Origin: the human T2T-CHM13v2.0 reference genome, Homo sapiens
NCBI RefSeq assembly: GCF_009914755.1
Contig: NC_060928.1
Length of the DNA stretch: 64,000 bases
Direction: 5' to 3' (one strand)
Shown here piece by piece: positions 14,182 to 30,730 of the stretch. A program made the translations under genes and the position numbers. The notes beneath the pieces were generated by a model, which saw only the letters and a program-made list of their open reading frames with translations, searched no databases and was not told the origin of the DNA. Positions within the stretch are counted from its first letter, which is position 1, and every line of letters begins with the position of its first letter.

Positions 14182-15554
14182 GGAAAGTATCTGAGGTGTT
14201 GATAATGTTGTAGGTATTAATCTAGGCACAGGCACTCTAGAAAAATATAAGGTTATGTGAGGCACTCATGAATAAGACTAATAATTCTCTCTCCAGCTTT
14301 ATGAATAATATGCTAGAATAAGCATATTGCCTATTTCTTCATTTCCCCAGACAGAATAAACAAGTTTTTGAAGCTTACGGCCATTTTAGCAACATAAAAA
14401 AGTACACACTTTGTAACTCATTCTATAGCTTTTTTTTCATTGTGACATTAAAAACATGTATTTAATTTAAAAACTGAGTTGCATCCTGTTTGTTCTCCTG
14501 CATGTTTGGGAGTAACTCCTTTTTTTTTTTTTGCTGGTACAGAATACTCTGTTATTATCTTCTTGCTATGCTTTGAATCACCCAAGCCAAGACTTATTTT
14601 TAGCATTAAGCTGCTAACCCAGAAGCAAAGAAAACCAGTCGCAAGGGATTATCTCTTTCAGGACTGTACTCGAATTATTATACATGTGAATTATTTAAGA
14701 ATCAGATAATTTTATGTGGCAAAAGGAAGAAGAAAGCTATGAATAGAAGAAAGTACAAGTTGTCACTAATTATTAACTAGTCAATATGAAAATAAACCCT
14801 TCCATAAATAGATTTTTATATTTTTTTCCTTACACTAAATTTTCTTCCACTTCTGTTTCTTCCATCCTGTCCACATTGGTGGATTATTTATTGCTATTTC
14901 AGTTATACATTTCAAGAGAATGAGGTGACTGATTATATTTTTGCATAGTTTCTTGGTTTAAAATACTGTGAAAGGAATTTATTTTTAAATGTGGAACCTG
15001 TTACTATGACATCAAAAATGACAACAGAAATGGATAGCAAAGAAATACTCTTAACACCTTTAATTCTAGTGACTATAATCATTTAAAATCTCTTGCTCTT
15101 GATATAAGCAACTACCACCTTTAAATGAAAGTAGGTATTTCTAAGACATTCCAAAAGTCCCTACCTAAGCTGTATTGCTTGTATTGATCCGTATTCTCTT
15201 TAGAAATGCCTTCCTATCTCACAGGTTATTACATGATGGGAGATCACTTTATAATCTTAGCTGCTAGCCTTGAAATATTTCCTCTCTATATATTTCTTCT
15301 TAATCTCAATCTTCTTGGCTACCTATTTTATTACCAATTCCTCCATTCCATTTCTAGCATTATCTCACCCTTCAGGCTTTATGCGAGGCACTGTCTTCCT
15401 TCCCCAAAACTATGACTCAGTAAACCATCCTTTGGCAACCCTTAGTAAATATGCTATTTCATCCTGGTGAGGCAGCAAATTGGCCCAGCAAGCCAGACTT
15501 TACCACAAGGAATTGCCCCCAGGCCGCCAAAGCATTTCTGGGAGTTCTGTGTAT

Positions 15555-15880
15555 CCAATTCCACAAATATTTCCTGAGTGCCTACTACGTGCCCAGCACT
15601 CTGCCAGGTGCTGGAAAGAAAATGATGAGTAAAACAGGCTCCTGGCCCTTCAAGAGCTTACAATTTAATGGAAAAGACAGAGCTTAAATGAGTAACTGCA
15701 CAGATACATGATTACAAGCTGTGATGAGTGCTGGGAAGAGAAAGTACTCGGTATTCTGAGAGCATAAGATGCTTGGCCTGATTCAGTGTATGGAGTCAGG
15801 AAAGATCTCTAAGGAAGTGACATCAGCCAAGATCTAAAAAGTGATCATCAGGCAGGGGTCATGCTAGGCAGGAATTTGCA
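15555..15880 (-). mobile_element. L2 3' fragment
   Basis: caaatatttcctgagtgcctactacgtgcccagcactctg is the reverse complement of the L2 3' end. Confidence 0.7.
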
Positions 15881-16382
15881 TAGCAGGATAAAGATCTGTG
15901 TACTTAAAAGAGGAGGTCCTTTCTATTGGAAAATTATTAAATCATCAATCAAAAGGAAGGAGGGGGAGAACTCTGAAATGTACACAGCAGGAATAAACTT
16001 AAAATGTATTCCTGTGCAAGAATTATTTCACTCCAAAGAAGAAAAATAAGCATCCTTATCTTGAACTTTGCTAGGAGTCTCTCTTATATATTTAAAAAAG
16101 AAACTGAAAAGTACCCAGAGCTATAATCAGGGCATTATGTGGAATAAAATTCTAAAAGGAAAAATACAGATGACGCAGAAGTTGCAAGGTGAGATAACAA
16201 TTTATATGGAGAAGAAGAAAAGGGCAAAATGCCATAAGCCAGTAGCAGTACAGATATAGGGAAGGCAGGTTTAAGATGAGGATCAAAAGAGGACCACCAG
16301 GTAGTTGCAAATTCTCAAATACACGTGCAGATTATGTGGAAGTGCTACATACATTTAAATATAAGTAAAATGTCAAAGAATA

Positions 16383-16610
16383 ATGCCTTAGTGTGTTTGG
16401 TCTGCTATAATGAAATATCATAGGCTTGGTAATTTATGAACAATGGGGATTTATTGCTCATAGTTCTTAAGGCTGGGAGAGCCCAAGATCAAGGTTAATA
16501 TCTGGTGATGGCCCATTCCTCATAGACACCTTCTATGTGTCTTCATACGGCGGAAAGGTAGGGCAGCTCTTTGGGGTTTCTTTTATAAGGGCACTAATCA
16601 CTAGCATTAA
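16383..16610 (-). mobile_element. MLT1A/MST-type MaLR LTR fragment
   Basis: cttagtgtgtttggtctgctataatgaaatatcataggcttggtaatttat...tttattgctcatagttct. Confidence 0.75.
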
Positions 16611-16754
16611 CCATCACAGACTACACACAATTGTTCCAAATCAGCATGGACGTTCAATAAATATCCATTATTGTGGAGGTAGAAAGGTAAAATGGAGAAG
16701 GCCCAGGACTTGTGTCCTGACTGCAATGCACTGAAGATCTGAATCACTGACCTG

Positions 16755-16925
16755 TGAGTTTCTAATGTTAGAATGCATTTGAAGCACCTGGGGAGCTTAG
16801 TAAACCATAGACTGATTGGTCCCAGCAACCCCCAGAGTTTGTAATTTAATAAGCCTTTGTTGGGGCCTAAGAACTGCATTTCTAACTAGTTCTAGGTGAT
16901 GATGATGTTGCTGATTGAGAACCTT
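16755..16925. mobile_element. MER5-type hAT MITE, apparently nested in a MIR
   Basis: gcatttgaagcacctggggagctt...ggggcctaagaactgcatttctaactagttctaggtgatgatgatg, with MIR-like cctcatctgcaaagtgag adjacent. Confidence 0.7.
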
Positions 16926-18921
16926 TGTTCCAAGGGAACTTTCCTCATCTGCAAAGTGAGACATTACTGTCTCCAAGGCCCAACCTCACAAATTTGTTGA
17001 ATAAAATCAGTATACACTTTGAACATATAGGCTGTTCCATATTTGTCTTGTATTTCACTGCCAAGGATGGTATTTTTGAGTGACTGAACGCCTTGCCTAT
17101 ATTTTCTGAATAGAAAGACACTGTGTGAGTGTAAGCCTGTAATGATCAAATATCTAAGAATTCTGCATAAGTGGCATTCACTGAAGTGGCATGAATAAAC
17201 AGAAATTTGAATACTGAAAAAAAGAGAGAATAACTGAGAAGTTATGTAGGCAATACTGTAAACATGGCCTTACCAGATGTTAAAATACTGAAATACTTCC
17301 ATGCCAGATGGCATATAGCTATGTCCAAGACACACCCTGAGTACTGCACACCCACAAAGGCAACTAAAAGGAACCACCACCACCCTGCTTGAGCTCCTGT
17401 ACCAGTGTGTATTCTGATTGTTGTGTGTCTTGCCTCACTGGTAATTAAATGTTTTATTACCCTTAGAAAGGAAAGAGAGGATGGAATTGTTGCTAGCTCC
17501 TCACAAACATCTACCCAAATCTTTCCAATACAAATCCTGGACTTAGCAGTCATGTTTGTTCTTCCTCTGTATCTTTATTTAGTCCGTGTAAATGAATATA
17601 AGATGTTCCAAGAGAAATAGGGGAAAACGGAGAAAGGAGAAATACCAAAGAGGAAAAAGGATTTAGGATTATATGTCATTACAGAATAACTCCACTTGAG
17701 CACTGTTAAAACCTGCTCTGAAAAATCAGTTCAGAAAGGCCTATCTAGACGGCTAAAGGAGAGAAGACACAGTAGTCCCAGTATGACTGGTCTATATGTG
17801 TCTCTCTGTTCAGCATTTTCCAAAGCTGCGTAAACTTTCCTTCTGCAGATGCTAAAAGTATTCCAAGTTGCCAAGTGGCATGACATAGTTCCGTTGCCAG
17901 CAACTCTGCCACCTTGGGCTGCTTAGGTCTACAGCCTTGATGATCTAAGTGGCCTTTGATGTTGCCAGGCATTGGACAGAAACAAGGACTTTATACTTTG
18001 GAGCTGGGTCAGTGTTGTCTCTATTTGTGCTCAGAAAAAGGGCATTTTCTCCACTATCTGAGCTAAAATTTCTTAGCTCCAAAACTGGGATTCACTAACC
18101 AAGAACTAAAAACTGGAAAATCAGGGAATAACAGAGTGTGAGCACTCTGGATTTCTTCACATGCTTTTCCCTGAATACTACAAACTGAGCTCATTCTTTC
18201 TGCATACTCGGAGTAATGATTAGTTAAAGAAAGCATGCTTAGAATTATAAAAATCCTTCCAGGAAATGTTTTTGGCAAAAAATACTCTTCCTTAGATAAA
18301 ATTGAAATGCATAATGTATGAACAATCCCATCTCAATTTATAAAATTTCAACCACGTGAAAAGACATGTTTCTTGCTAAAATTCCTTCATCAGTTTCCAT
18401 TAATAAATAAATGGTGGTGCTCCTTGCATCTACCTTAACTGCAACTATAAAACACTAAGCCTATGAATGAAGCATTTAGGAAACCATAATCCACTTTAAA
18501 TTGGATATTATCAATTCAGCACAAAGAGTCAAAATGGTTACTTTCTTCCTTGTATTCATTAGAAAATACGGTAGAATGGAGAATTTGTGGGTTCTGTTTG
18601 AGGTTCAATTACACCTAAACATTGACCAATTAGTTTATAACAGAAACTATTTATATCAATGACTATTTTCATAGTTATCATATTATTGTTATGATTGTTA
18701 TTAGCAGAAACTTCCGTTTCTGAGTACAGCCACATGAAACCATCTTAGATAGGCCGTTAGTAGTAAACTTGAGCTTCCATGCAAGAGGTAGCTTTCATTA
18801 CATGCTGATAGAATATAAGTGCTTCCTTTCACATCACTGTATATGATGTTTCCAAATCACCATCAACATGACTTGAATTTTTTTTTTTTGCAGTCACAGA
18901 AGTTATAATGATTATCACTAT

Positions 18922-19480
18922 TCCCATTATCTTATCTTTCTATTGCTACAGAACAAATCACAAAGTTAGGAGCTTAAAACAACACTCATTTGCTAATTTA
19001 CAGTCTTGTAGGCCAGAAGATGGTCAGGCCTCAATTGTTGTTTTTAATTCAGGCTCTCACAAAGCTGAAATCAAGACGTCAGCCATGCTGAGAGGGGTTT
19101 TCTCCTAAACTTTTTCTCTTTCAGATTCTCGAGTTGTTAAAATTCATCTCCTTGTGGCTGTATGACAGGTCGCAGTTCTCTTGCCAGATGTCAGACAAGA
19201 ATCACTCAGCTGCTAGAGACTTTCCTCAGTTCCTTACCATGAGGTCCTGAACAGTTCCCAACATGGCTGCTTACTCTCTTCTAGGCCAGTTAGAGCATGT
19301 CTGTCTACCACTTCACTGTCTTTTAGTTAAGTCCTCTAACTAGGTAAAGCACACCCATGATAATCTCCTTTTTGATATCCCAGCATATTCACAGGCTCTG
19401 CCCACACTCAGGGGGAGGGGCTATTCAGGGCGTGTACACCTAGGGATGGAGATCTTGTGAATGGAATTCTGCTTATCACA
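18922..19480 (-). mobile_element. MLT1 (MaLR) LTR
   Basis: ctattgctacagaacaaatcac...agcttaaaacaacac...gaattctgcttatcaca. Confidence 0.7.
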
Positions 19481-20279
19481 GCAACTGTCATGAAAATTTT
19501 GCTCAACAGAACTCCAGTGATTGGGTTAACCTCTTCCCCCGAGGCCACAGGGGCAAGGCAAAGCAAGTGGTTGAGACACATCTCTTCTTGCATCTACTTC
19601 ACGCGCTGGACTTCCAAGCAGAGAATTTTCCTTTTAACAAATAATTATGTAGTAAATAAACAGTTTGAAAAAAAAAAAAAAACCCATTTTGGACTAGATA
19701 AATCAATTAGAGACCATCCAGTCACCAAAATCTCTTCTGGCACTAACAGTCCATGATTTCAAAAGAAATAAGTTCAAGTCAATCATAGAGCTATAGTTGA
19801 CAATTTATGATAGAGTGAAAAGAACATTTAATTTTTAATCATAAATATTGGATTCAAGTTTTGCATATTCCAATTATTTATTCTGTAATTCTGGGACATC
19901 TGTAGTATCACTATGCCCTTTAGTTTTCTGGCAAATCTGTAGTATCATACACTTCAGTCTCCATGCTTAGAAATGATGATAATCATTACAGTAATAATAA
20001 AAACATATGTCTTACAGGATTACTGTAAGGACCAAATGAAGTAGTGCATATAACACAAAATAGTATATAAATGTAATTCTGATTTATATTATTACTACTA
20101 TGAAGACTTCCCTACCCCAATCAAGTTGTTTAATAGATAACCATTGTGTTTACCAGCTCAATACCTCTTGCTCTAGTGAATGTCTCTTCTCATTCATCAT
20201 ATACATTCTGTATCATTTAGGGTTCACATAAGCAACATACCTTGTTGCTATGGAACAGCAATAATTTGTGAGGACAGCA

Positions 20280-22640
20280 AATGCTTCCGGGGTCTACATG
20301 TCTCAAAGGGTATTATGTAATTCTAATGTGAATGCATTTTACTGTAGGACCAATGGGACACGCAAACACATAGTATGAATATTTGTAATATTCTTGAGAA
20401 TATATTTAAGTGGATATCCTAAGAAGCTGTCAGAATCCCCAGACTCCCAAATTAATTTCCTGGCTGTGGTACAAGAGCTATTATGAGAGCAAAGACCAAG
20501 TAGAAGCCACTGAAGTAAATTTTTAAAGACATCTCTATCACTATTGAGCCATGCACAGAAAGTTTAAACCCAAAGACCTAAAAGGATTCAAGGGTGATGA
20601 TTCCTGTCACTTCTCCATTTAACACTCCACTTTGGGCTAGTGCAGAAGATCGATGTATTTTAAAGAATAAGAATGATTTTTTATAAAATTAATAAGGCAG
20701 TAATGATTATTATGGCTGCAGTTTCAGATACTGTTTGCTCACTGGATCAAACAAGCATAGCCTATTTCATCTAACATGCAGGTTTCATTTGATAAAGGTA
20801 CTTTTCCCTCTATTCTGGTAAGACAAGAACACCACTAGTAAACAATTTTTACCTGACAGGGCCAGCAGCATAGCTTTGACATTCTGTCTTAAGGAAATAT
20901 CGAATTTCTCACACAATCTCACAATTCACTACTCTAGTCTACAATATTAAATACATATTGTTGACAGGTTCTAGAGGGCAGAAAGTGGCAGTCATCTCAG
21001 AGATTTATATAAAAAAATGTGTAGCAGAGATTGAGAAACAAATTCCATAGAAATACATCATCTTGACATCTTAGTAAAGTGCTTAAGGATCCACTGGTTC
21101 AGAGCATATCAAGATTTTTTTCCATACCGAAAAATAAGTTGCTATATATTGTATACCCAACCACTAAAAAGGAGTAGGAACATCTAATTAACTAATACGA
21201 CTTTGGAGGTGACATTTATCACTGACTCATTCATATGATTTTAAAAAGCTCCCAGTTTTAATAGAAGTCCAGGTCAAAGCAAACAAACAAAAAAGTTCTT
21301 CAGGTTTCCCAAGATACAGTGCAAATTGTTCTATTTTTAGTATTTGTGACAAGATAATCCCATGGTGTGTAAAGTGGCTGTGTAGACTGGGGTGTTATAT
21401 GGAGATTGTGACAAATTCTAATAAAAAATCACAGCAAAACCTATGTGCATTTAATAGTATAGTAAAAAGGGCAAGTACTTATAAACAAATAACCTTTTTT
21501 TATTTTTTAAGATAGTAGCTCCCAGCTTCCCACTGGTCTCTGGTAGAACTGAATGCCTAATCAATGAATGCCAGATAGCCATGCAACTTGATATTCCATT
21601 CTTACATCGAGTGCTATTGGATTAATTTTGCAATTATGTCAGGCAAATCCAGCGGCAGTCCACCTCCATTATTCAATGAAAATAATCTACATGGATCAGG
21701 TCTCGGAGGCACAAATTGTATAATCATTTTGTTTACAGGACCCAGCATGTATGCCTGCTCCTAACGTATTTCAACTTCTCTCTCAACTGACACCTAATGT
21801 GATCCTGGGAGTTCCTTTTCACTAAATAACTGCAGATGAAGATTCTATAGCCTGTCTTGCAGATGCATCTATAAGATATACAGGAACCACCCAGAACTGG
21901 ACTGCAAAAGTGTTATAGCCCCATTCAAGAATGGAGTTATAAAACAATGAAGACTAGTCCAGAAGGTGGCTGCATTTAAGCACTATATACCATTTTGCAG
22001 GAGTACAGCCCAAGGCTAGGATCTACACACCACTTTCTGAGTTGTCTGGTGAAGTAATTACAATAATATAAGAAATAAATTGAAATATTGATAACCAGGA
22101 AGTTTGAAAGAAAAGTTGGGATAGATCTTTGGGAATGGGATCAGGATCTGAGGATATATGTATACCATAGGAATGCTCACCAGAAGATTCCCTGCAGAAG
22201 AGGTTCTCAATTACACGGACAGAATAACTCCTTCTGCACATGTCAGTACAGCGAAGTGCTATGGTGGCAGTAATTGAGGCTGTGCATGAAATCAACAACA
22301 GAAACTTAAGCTCTACAAGGCTATCTGAATATCAGTTCTGATGATTTCTTAACTTGTCACGTAAGGACCCATCCCTGCTATGAAGCCTTGAAGGAAGACA
22401 GCTTCCTAATATATTTTATATTATGGCACACATAGTTAATGATAAAATCAAGATGTTGAATATTTTAAAATTATATCTAATGACTACATAGTAGTCATGG
22501 ATATAATTATGTCATATAATTATATCTAATGACTACATAGTAGTCATGGATATAATTATGTCATATAATTATATCTAATGACTACATAGTAGCTCCTCCC
22601 ATAACTCTATGATATTGAGTTCTGCTGGTTTGGATGCTGG
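20280..22640 (+). mobile_element. Decayed ERVL-class internal region (pol remnants)
   Basis: At ~20600-20760 translation gives PVTSPFNTPL, then VQK and AAVSD in shifted frames, resembling the ERVL RT N-terminus (TSPFNSPIWPVQK, AAVPD). Many stops and frameshifts. Confidence 0.75.
22469..22592. repeat. 49-bp palindromic unit, 2.5 tandem copies
   Basis: aattatatctaatgactacatagtagtcatggatataattatgtcatat starts at 22469, 22518 and (partial) 22567. Confidence 0.93.
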
Positions 22641-22644
22641 AAAC

Positions 22645-23285
22645 CATGCAGAGAAAAGGGTGGGAATGTAAATTTGGTCAACCCCCATGGAAGACAGTAT
22701 AGAGATTTCTCAAAGAATTAAAAATAAAATTACCATTTGACCCAGGAATCTCGCTACTGGGTATCTACCCAAAGGAAAAGAAACAGTTTTATCAAGAAGA
22801 TACCTAAACCTGTACGTTTACTGCAGCACTATTCACAATAGCAAAGTCATGGACTCAAACTAGGTGTCTATCAGTGAACTGGATAAACAAAATGTGGTAT
22901 ATATACACCATGGCATACTATGCAGCCATAAAAATAATGAAATCATGTCCTTCATAGCAACATGGATGTAGCTGGAGGCTGTTATCCTAAGTAAAACAAC
23001 TCAGAAACAGAAAATCAAATACCACCTGTTCTCACTTATACATGGGAGCTAATCAATGGGTATACATGAATCTGGAAACAATAGACTCTGGAAACTACAA
23101 AAGTGGGGAGGGTAGGAGGAAAGCAAGGGTTGCAAAACTACCGGTTAGGTACCATGTTCACTATTGGAGTGATGAGTTCACTGGAAACCCAAACCCCAGC
23201 ATTATGCACTATACCCATGTAACAAACCTGCATATGCACCCCCTGAATTTATAATAAATAAGCACATAAATAAAAAATTTAAAAA
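22645..23285 (+). mobile_element. L1PB/L1MA-type 3' end
   Basis: Typical 3' UTR (atactatgcagccataaaa, tacccatgtaacaaacctgcatatgcacccc) and A-rich tail. Confidence 0.9.
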
Positions 23286-23399
23286 GAATATCCTGTGAAT
23301 AGAAAGATTCTCCTGTTTCAAGAAGGAATGCTTTTTTTTTTTTCTTAGTATTTTTATTTACTGCTGGTGACATCTTCCACATTCCAAAATAAATGACAG

Positions 23400-25935
<2,536 letters not shown>

Positions 25936-25964
25936 CACTTTGGAATTTCCTAATTAGTTAAAAA

Positions 25965-26095
25965 CATTAATTGAGTACTATACTCACTACCTGGGTGATG
26001 GGTTCCATTCTACCCTAAACCTCAGCATCATGCAATATACCCATGTAACAAACCTGCACATGTACCACCTGAATCTAAAATAAAAGTTGGGGAAA
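25965..26095 (+). mobile_element. Short L1P 3'-terminal fragment
   Basis: cactacctgggtgatggg...tacccatgtaacaaacctgcacatgtacc...ctaaaataaaagtt. Confidence 0.85.
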
Positions 26096-27439
26096 AAATT
26101 AATTATAAAATAAATAATTTGGGTATTCCAAATTTATTAGGAAGGCATAAAAATCAATGATTTTTTTTTCCTTTTAATTACACTCAAACTTCATTGAGCT
26201 AAGTGATTTCCATGTATTTTTTTTAGGCGTGTTAAGAAATCTATAACCTAAAGTTAGAGAAGATAACATTTCTGATTTCCAGCCATCATCTATATGGGTA
26301 TATACTTGCTATGGAGTTATATCAGAAAGCCAATAAGTTTTCATACTGAATTTCCTTGAAAAGCTTCCATACTCAGGAGATCTCACTCTTGGTAAACTCT
26401 TCAAAATGTCTCGGTACCAACTGAATCATTTCCTAAAATCAGTAACCAAAATTTTCTTTCACTTTTTTCTTTCCTGTTTTTCTCTTTCCATCCAAATTTA
26501 TGTTTGTATGTATGTGTATGGATGCACATATTCACGACATGTGTTTATATATATACACTCTTATTTTTAAAAGCACATTTCATCCATCTGTGTCACTCTA
26601 GCAATACTGAAGTTAAATTGCCTAGCCAAAAATATTGGCAAACAACATTTTGCAAAAACACATTAAGCAACACAAAGCAAGGAATCTGTGTTCCTTCTCT
26701 CTCTTTTTTTTAAAGTAACTATACCATCAGTGCAATAAGGGAGAATCACATCTAAATCATATCTAATTTTTTTCCAAATCTGTTTTTGAATTTTACATTA
26801 AATTTAAGGGATGGGGGAAGAGAGAGAGAGAGAGACTGAACAACACTGATGAGTCTCAGGGAAAGCAACCAGACAAACACACAGAGCACCATTGCATTTT
26901 CATGAGCTAGACATAAACTAAATAGTAGATAACTTTTCCAACACTCTACATCTATTGAGTGTAAAGCTAGGATTTAAATCTAGGTGGTCCTACTCAAGGG
27001 CCTGCTCTTTAAGCCCACTGAACTATTCCATCAAAGATAATCAAGGCTTTAACACACTGTGATGTTTTTAAGGGTTCATAAGAAAGTAGATTCTCACCAT
27101 GGTAAACTAGCATTTTTTTAAGCAATCTTACTCACTGACCTTCCTATTTTAAAAATAAGGTAACATAAAAACAGAATAATTGAAACATTAGAGTTAATTT
27201 ACATAAATAAATGCTCTTTTCAATAGCTAAGACTATCCAAAATCTCAAAAACCTATTCTTCATCTGTTGGCTGTTAAAGGAGTTTTAGAAAAAGAAAGCT
27301 AACAAATTTCTCAAGGTGAGTAGACATTATCAAAGCAAATCACTGATTAGAATTTGTTTTTTACATTCTGACTCTACTCCCTTTAGAGAACTAAATCTGT
27401 TAGCTGATGTAATTAGATAGCTAAAATTCATGCTTTTTT

Positions 27440-27640
27440 GTATGAACATTTCACTTATTCTTCATAACAATTAAGAGAAGCAGGTATACCCTGTTATCAG
27501 TCACATTTTACAAATCATGAAACAGATGTCCACAGAGATTTGGTCTCTCTCCAAAGCCATATGACCCATAACTGTCAGAATACAGATGTTCTTAAGCTTG
27601 TGATCTAAACCCCATACTCAATCAACTATGCTAGCTGTCT
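27440..27640 (-). mobile_element. MIR fragment
   Basis: ttcttcataacaa...cacattttacaaatcatgaaacagatg. Confidence 0.5.
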
Positions 27641-28384
27641 CTTACCTTTATCTTAAATAATCACAAAAATTCTTAAATGGTAAATACCTTTCACAGATAA
27701 TGATATGCCAAACCAGGTACTATTCAACTGCCAGTTCTTGTGTTGAATTTCCTAATTAAAAGGAGTCAAGCTACCTAGCAACTGACACCTTTGGGGAAGG
27801 GAGTCAGCTTGGAGGTGCATATTGGGGCTATCCTGAGTGAGCCTTATCTCACTCTAGATATGGGGCACAAGGCTAATTAGCAAATAGAGGCATCTAAAGT
27901 TTTGGGGTGAACTTCCTATATTGAATACAGTACTATCAAAATTTTCTCTTCAAAATTGACTTGAATGAGGTGCCTAAGGCAACATAAGTGGTGCTGGTCA
28001 AAAGATAAAGGGATCCATCTCTTCCTAGTTGATTAAAATGCTCAGACTCAAAGAATGCTATTTATTGTTGTTCCCCCAGTATGTAATTAACAAAAGACAA
28101 AAAAAAAACTTTCTGCAAGTTCCTAAAGAGTGCTATTTAGCAACATTAGACACTAGAGAAGTAGTTTTCTAAGATCAAAGTATAAGAGCATAAATCCAGG
28201 TAATTACCAAGTAATTACTAGCAGCCAATATCTGTCTTATTTGTCAGTGAGATGGTAAGAATGACTGAAAACCAGACTACTTTGTAAAGAGGAGAATATT
28301 AAAAACTCTTCCATTAGCATAAGGTAAAAATAGGGATTCTTCTCAACCATAAATGCTGATGTGACAAATCCTGTTGCTGTCATG

Positions 28385-28910
28385 CCATGTGACAGACACA
28401 ACCGCAAGGCTTGGACCCCAGCCCACTGATTATGCCAGGCAAAAGGCTGGTGCTCCCAAACCTCAGGTCCTCATCTGGCAGCATGGGTCTGGGGCCAGTA
28501 TTATACCAGGTCATACCACTATTGTGTTTTGGTCTATGATAGGCCAGGAGAGGAACTGGTACTTCACTAATCATGCAGTTTAAAAGTACCACTGCCTGTA
28601 TATTGAGGCCCCTCTTCCAAAGTCTGTCATCAAGACCTACTAGAATTATGTGTGCTTCCCTACAATGCAATGTGCCAACAAAGGGGCCACGTCACTACCC
28701 CTGGTGCTGCTTTCTCAATGCATTTTCTCCAGTGTGCCCCAGTAGCTTGTGCATGTGCTGCTTAGCCATTACCCTTGTGAGCCTTATCTTACAGTTTCAA
28801 TTTCTGGACTATGAACATTAGAAAAAATAAATAAATGTCTTTTCTGTTCAAGTCATAGCGTTTGGGGGAGCTCTTTGCTGTAGCAGTTTAACCTCATTCC
28901 AATCAATCCA
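28385..28910 (+). mobile_element. Old MLT1-type LTR
   Basis: 3' end aataaatgtcttttctgttcaagtca...tttgctgtagcagtttaacc is typical of MLT1. Confidence 0.5.
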
Positions 28911-28922
28911 CAGGCTATATTC

Positions 28923-29473
28923 TGTCAGCATTCTCCAAGACCACCCATAGATTTGATGACTCCTTAGGAGGATTCACAGGACTCAGCATATAGTCCTGTT
29001 CATGGTTAGGATTCATTACAGTGAAAGCATACAAAGAAAAACCTGCAAAGGGAAAAGTCACACAGGGTGAAGTTCAGAGGAAGGCCAGCACAAGCTTCCA
29101 AGAGTTCTCTCCCAGTGGTGTCACACAGAACACACCTAATTCCTCTAGCAATGAGTTTGATAAAACATGTGAAATGTTGTCTACTAGGAAATCTCATTAA
29201 AGACTCAGTGCCTGAGATTTTGTTGGGGGCTGGTCACGTAGCCATCCTCGGCCTAGCACAAACCAAAATTCCAGATTCCCAGAAAAAATTAGGTGTTCAG
29301 TATCACCCACACTGTTTGTACAGTTTTGGCACAGCAAGCCACCCTTATCAGTTCTGGGAATGCGAACCCTTCTAAATTCCAGTTTTTAATATGCCAGCCA
29401 ATGACCAACCTTGCAAGGAGGCCTTTCCGAGGATAACAGCCTCAGGATTGTTATGTTAATTCTTTACCGCACA
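28923..29473 (-). mobile_element. MER21-family LTR
   Basis: Reverse complement begins tgtgcggtaaagaattaacataacaatcctgaggctgttatcctcggaaaggcctccttgcaaggttgg, like the MER21 consensus, with TG...CA termini. Confidence 0.85.
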
Positions 29474-30509
29474 GGTATCCTAACTAATATTTTATATAAA
29501 TCCAGCAAAAATAAAAAAGAAAATTCAGAAGAATAATCTGTTTCAAAATTTGTGAATGACCACCCCTCAGGAATGACAGAGAGGAAATAAATTAGTGGTG
29601 GGGCTTTAGCCATATCTGTAACATTTGAAACATTTAAAACAAACATGGAAAAATATTGATAGCTGTTTAATTGTATGATATACACATGTCTATAATTTTA
29701 TTTTTGTTCATCTGTATAACTTTGAAATGTTTCATTTAAATTAAAAGATGAAAAAAACAAAAAAAAAAAATCATACAAACAAGAAACTATCCCTCATGAA
29801 AGTATATCATTAATAACATTTAGAAAGGACTATGCAGTGGAGAAACAGCTGCGAAGCAACTCAAATGTGCCAACGTTAAGAGAAAATTTTGTAAGGTCCA
29901 CCAGCGTATGTCACAAATTAAGTGACTTTTAAAAAAATCTCCTGAAAAATATTTTGGAACTATAAAGATAATGGGTACCATAACAGAGGAAATCTGGGTT
30001 TATACCAATATTTAATAGCCATCAACCAGTCAATCAATCAATCACAAATGCTCCACACACACCACTCTAACAATAAATGAAATTACATAGAACTCCAATT
30101 TACAATAGTTGTTTAGCTTACAATTCACTTACATTTTTCTAAGAAGAGATGAATGTGTATACACACATATAGGCCTGCAAGAATGAGAGACAGAAACGAG
30201 TGGAGAAGAGGGCAGGAAAAGGAGAGGTGAAGCGGAACTGGGAAGAAATACCATGAATACAAATGAGAGAAAATCTATTTCTAGTTTCCAGCACTAATTC
30301 AGGTATTTTCAAATCTCAAGTGTACTAGAGGGGCAAATGTCTTTAAACTACATTTAAATAAGTAGGAAGCACTAGAAGAGTTACAGAATAATCAGAACCC
30401 TATAGTACTAATTTGAGAAGGATGGCATAAGAATCACATTACAAAAGATTAACCATATTAACTAACTTTAAAAAAGTCTCTGGGATTCTTCATGACTACT
30501 TTTAGTTAA

Positions 30510-30730
30510 AATAATAATAAGTACATTTATTTGTGATGACGGCACCAATGATGCTATTCTAAATACTTTATCTTATTAATTCTCAAAAGAACCCAGTGAG
30601 GAAGACACTTGTTTTTCCCCATTTTACATGTGTGAAAACTGAGGCACAGAAAGTTAAAATAAATTGTCTTAGATGGAGCCTGAATTCACTCAGGCAGACT
30701 ACATCCAAAGCTTTTATTTTTAACTTTACT
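30510..30730 (-). mobile_element. MIR
   Basis: MIR core ccccattttacatgtgtgaaaactgaggcacagaaagttaa. Confidence 0.75.
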
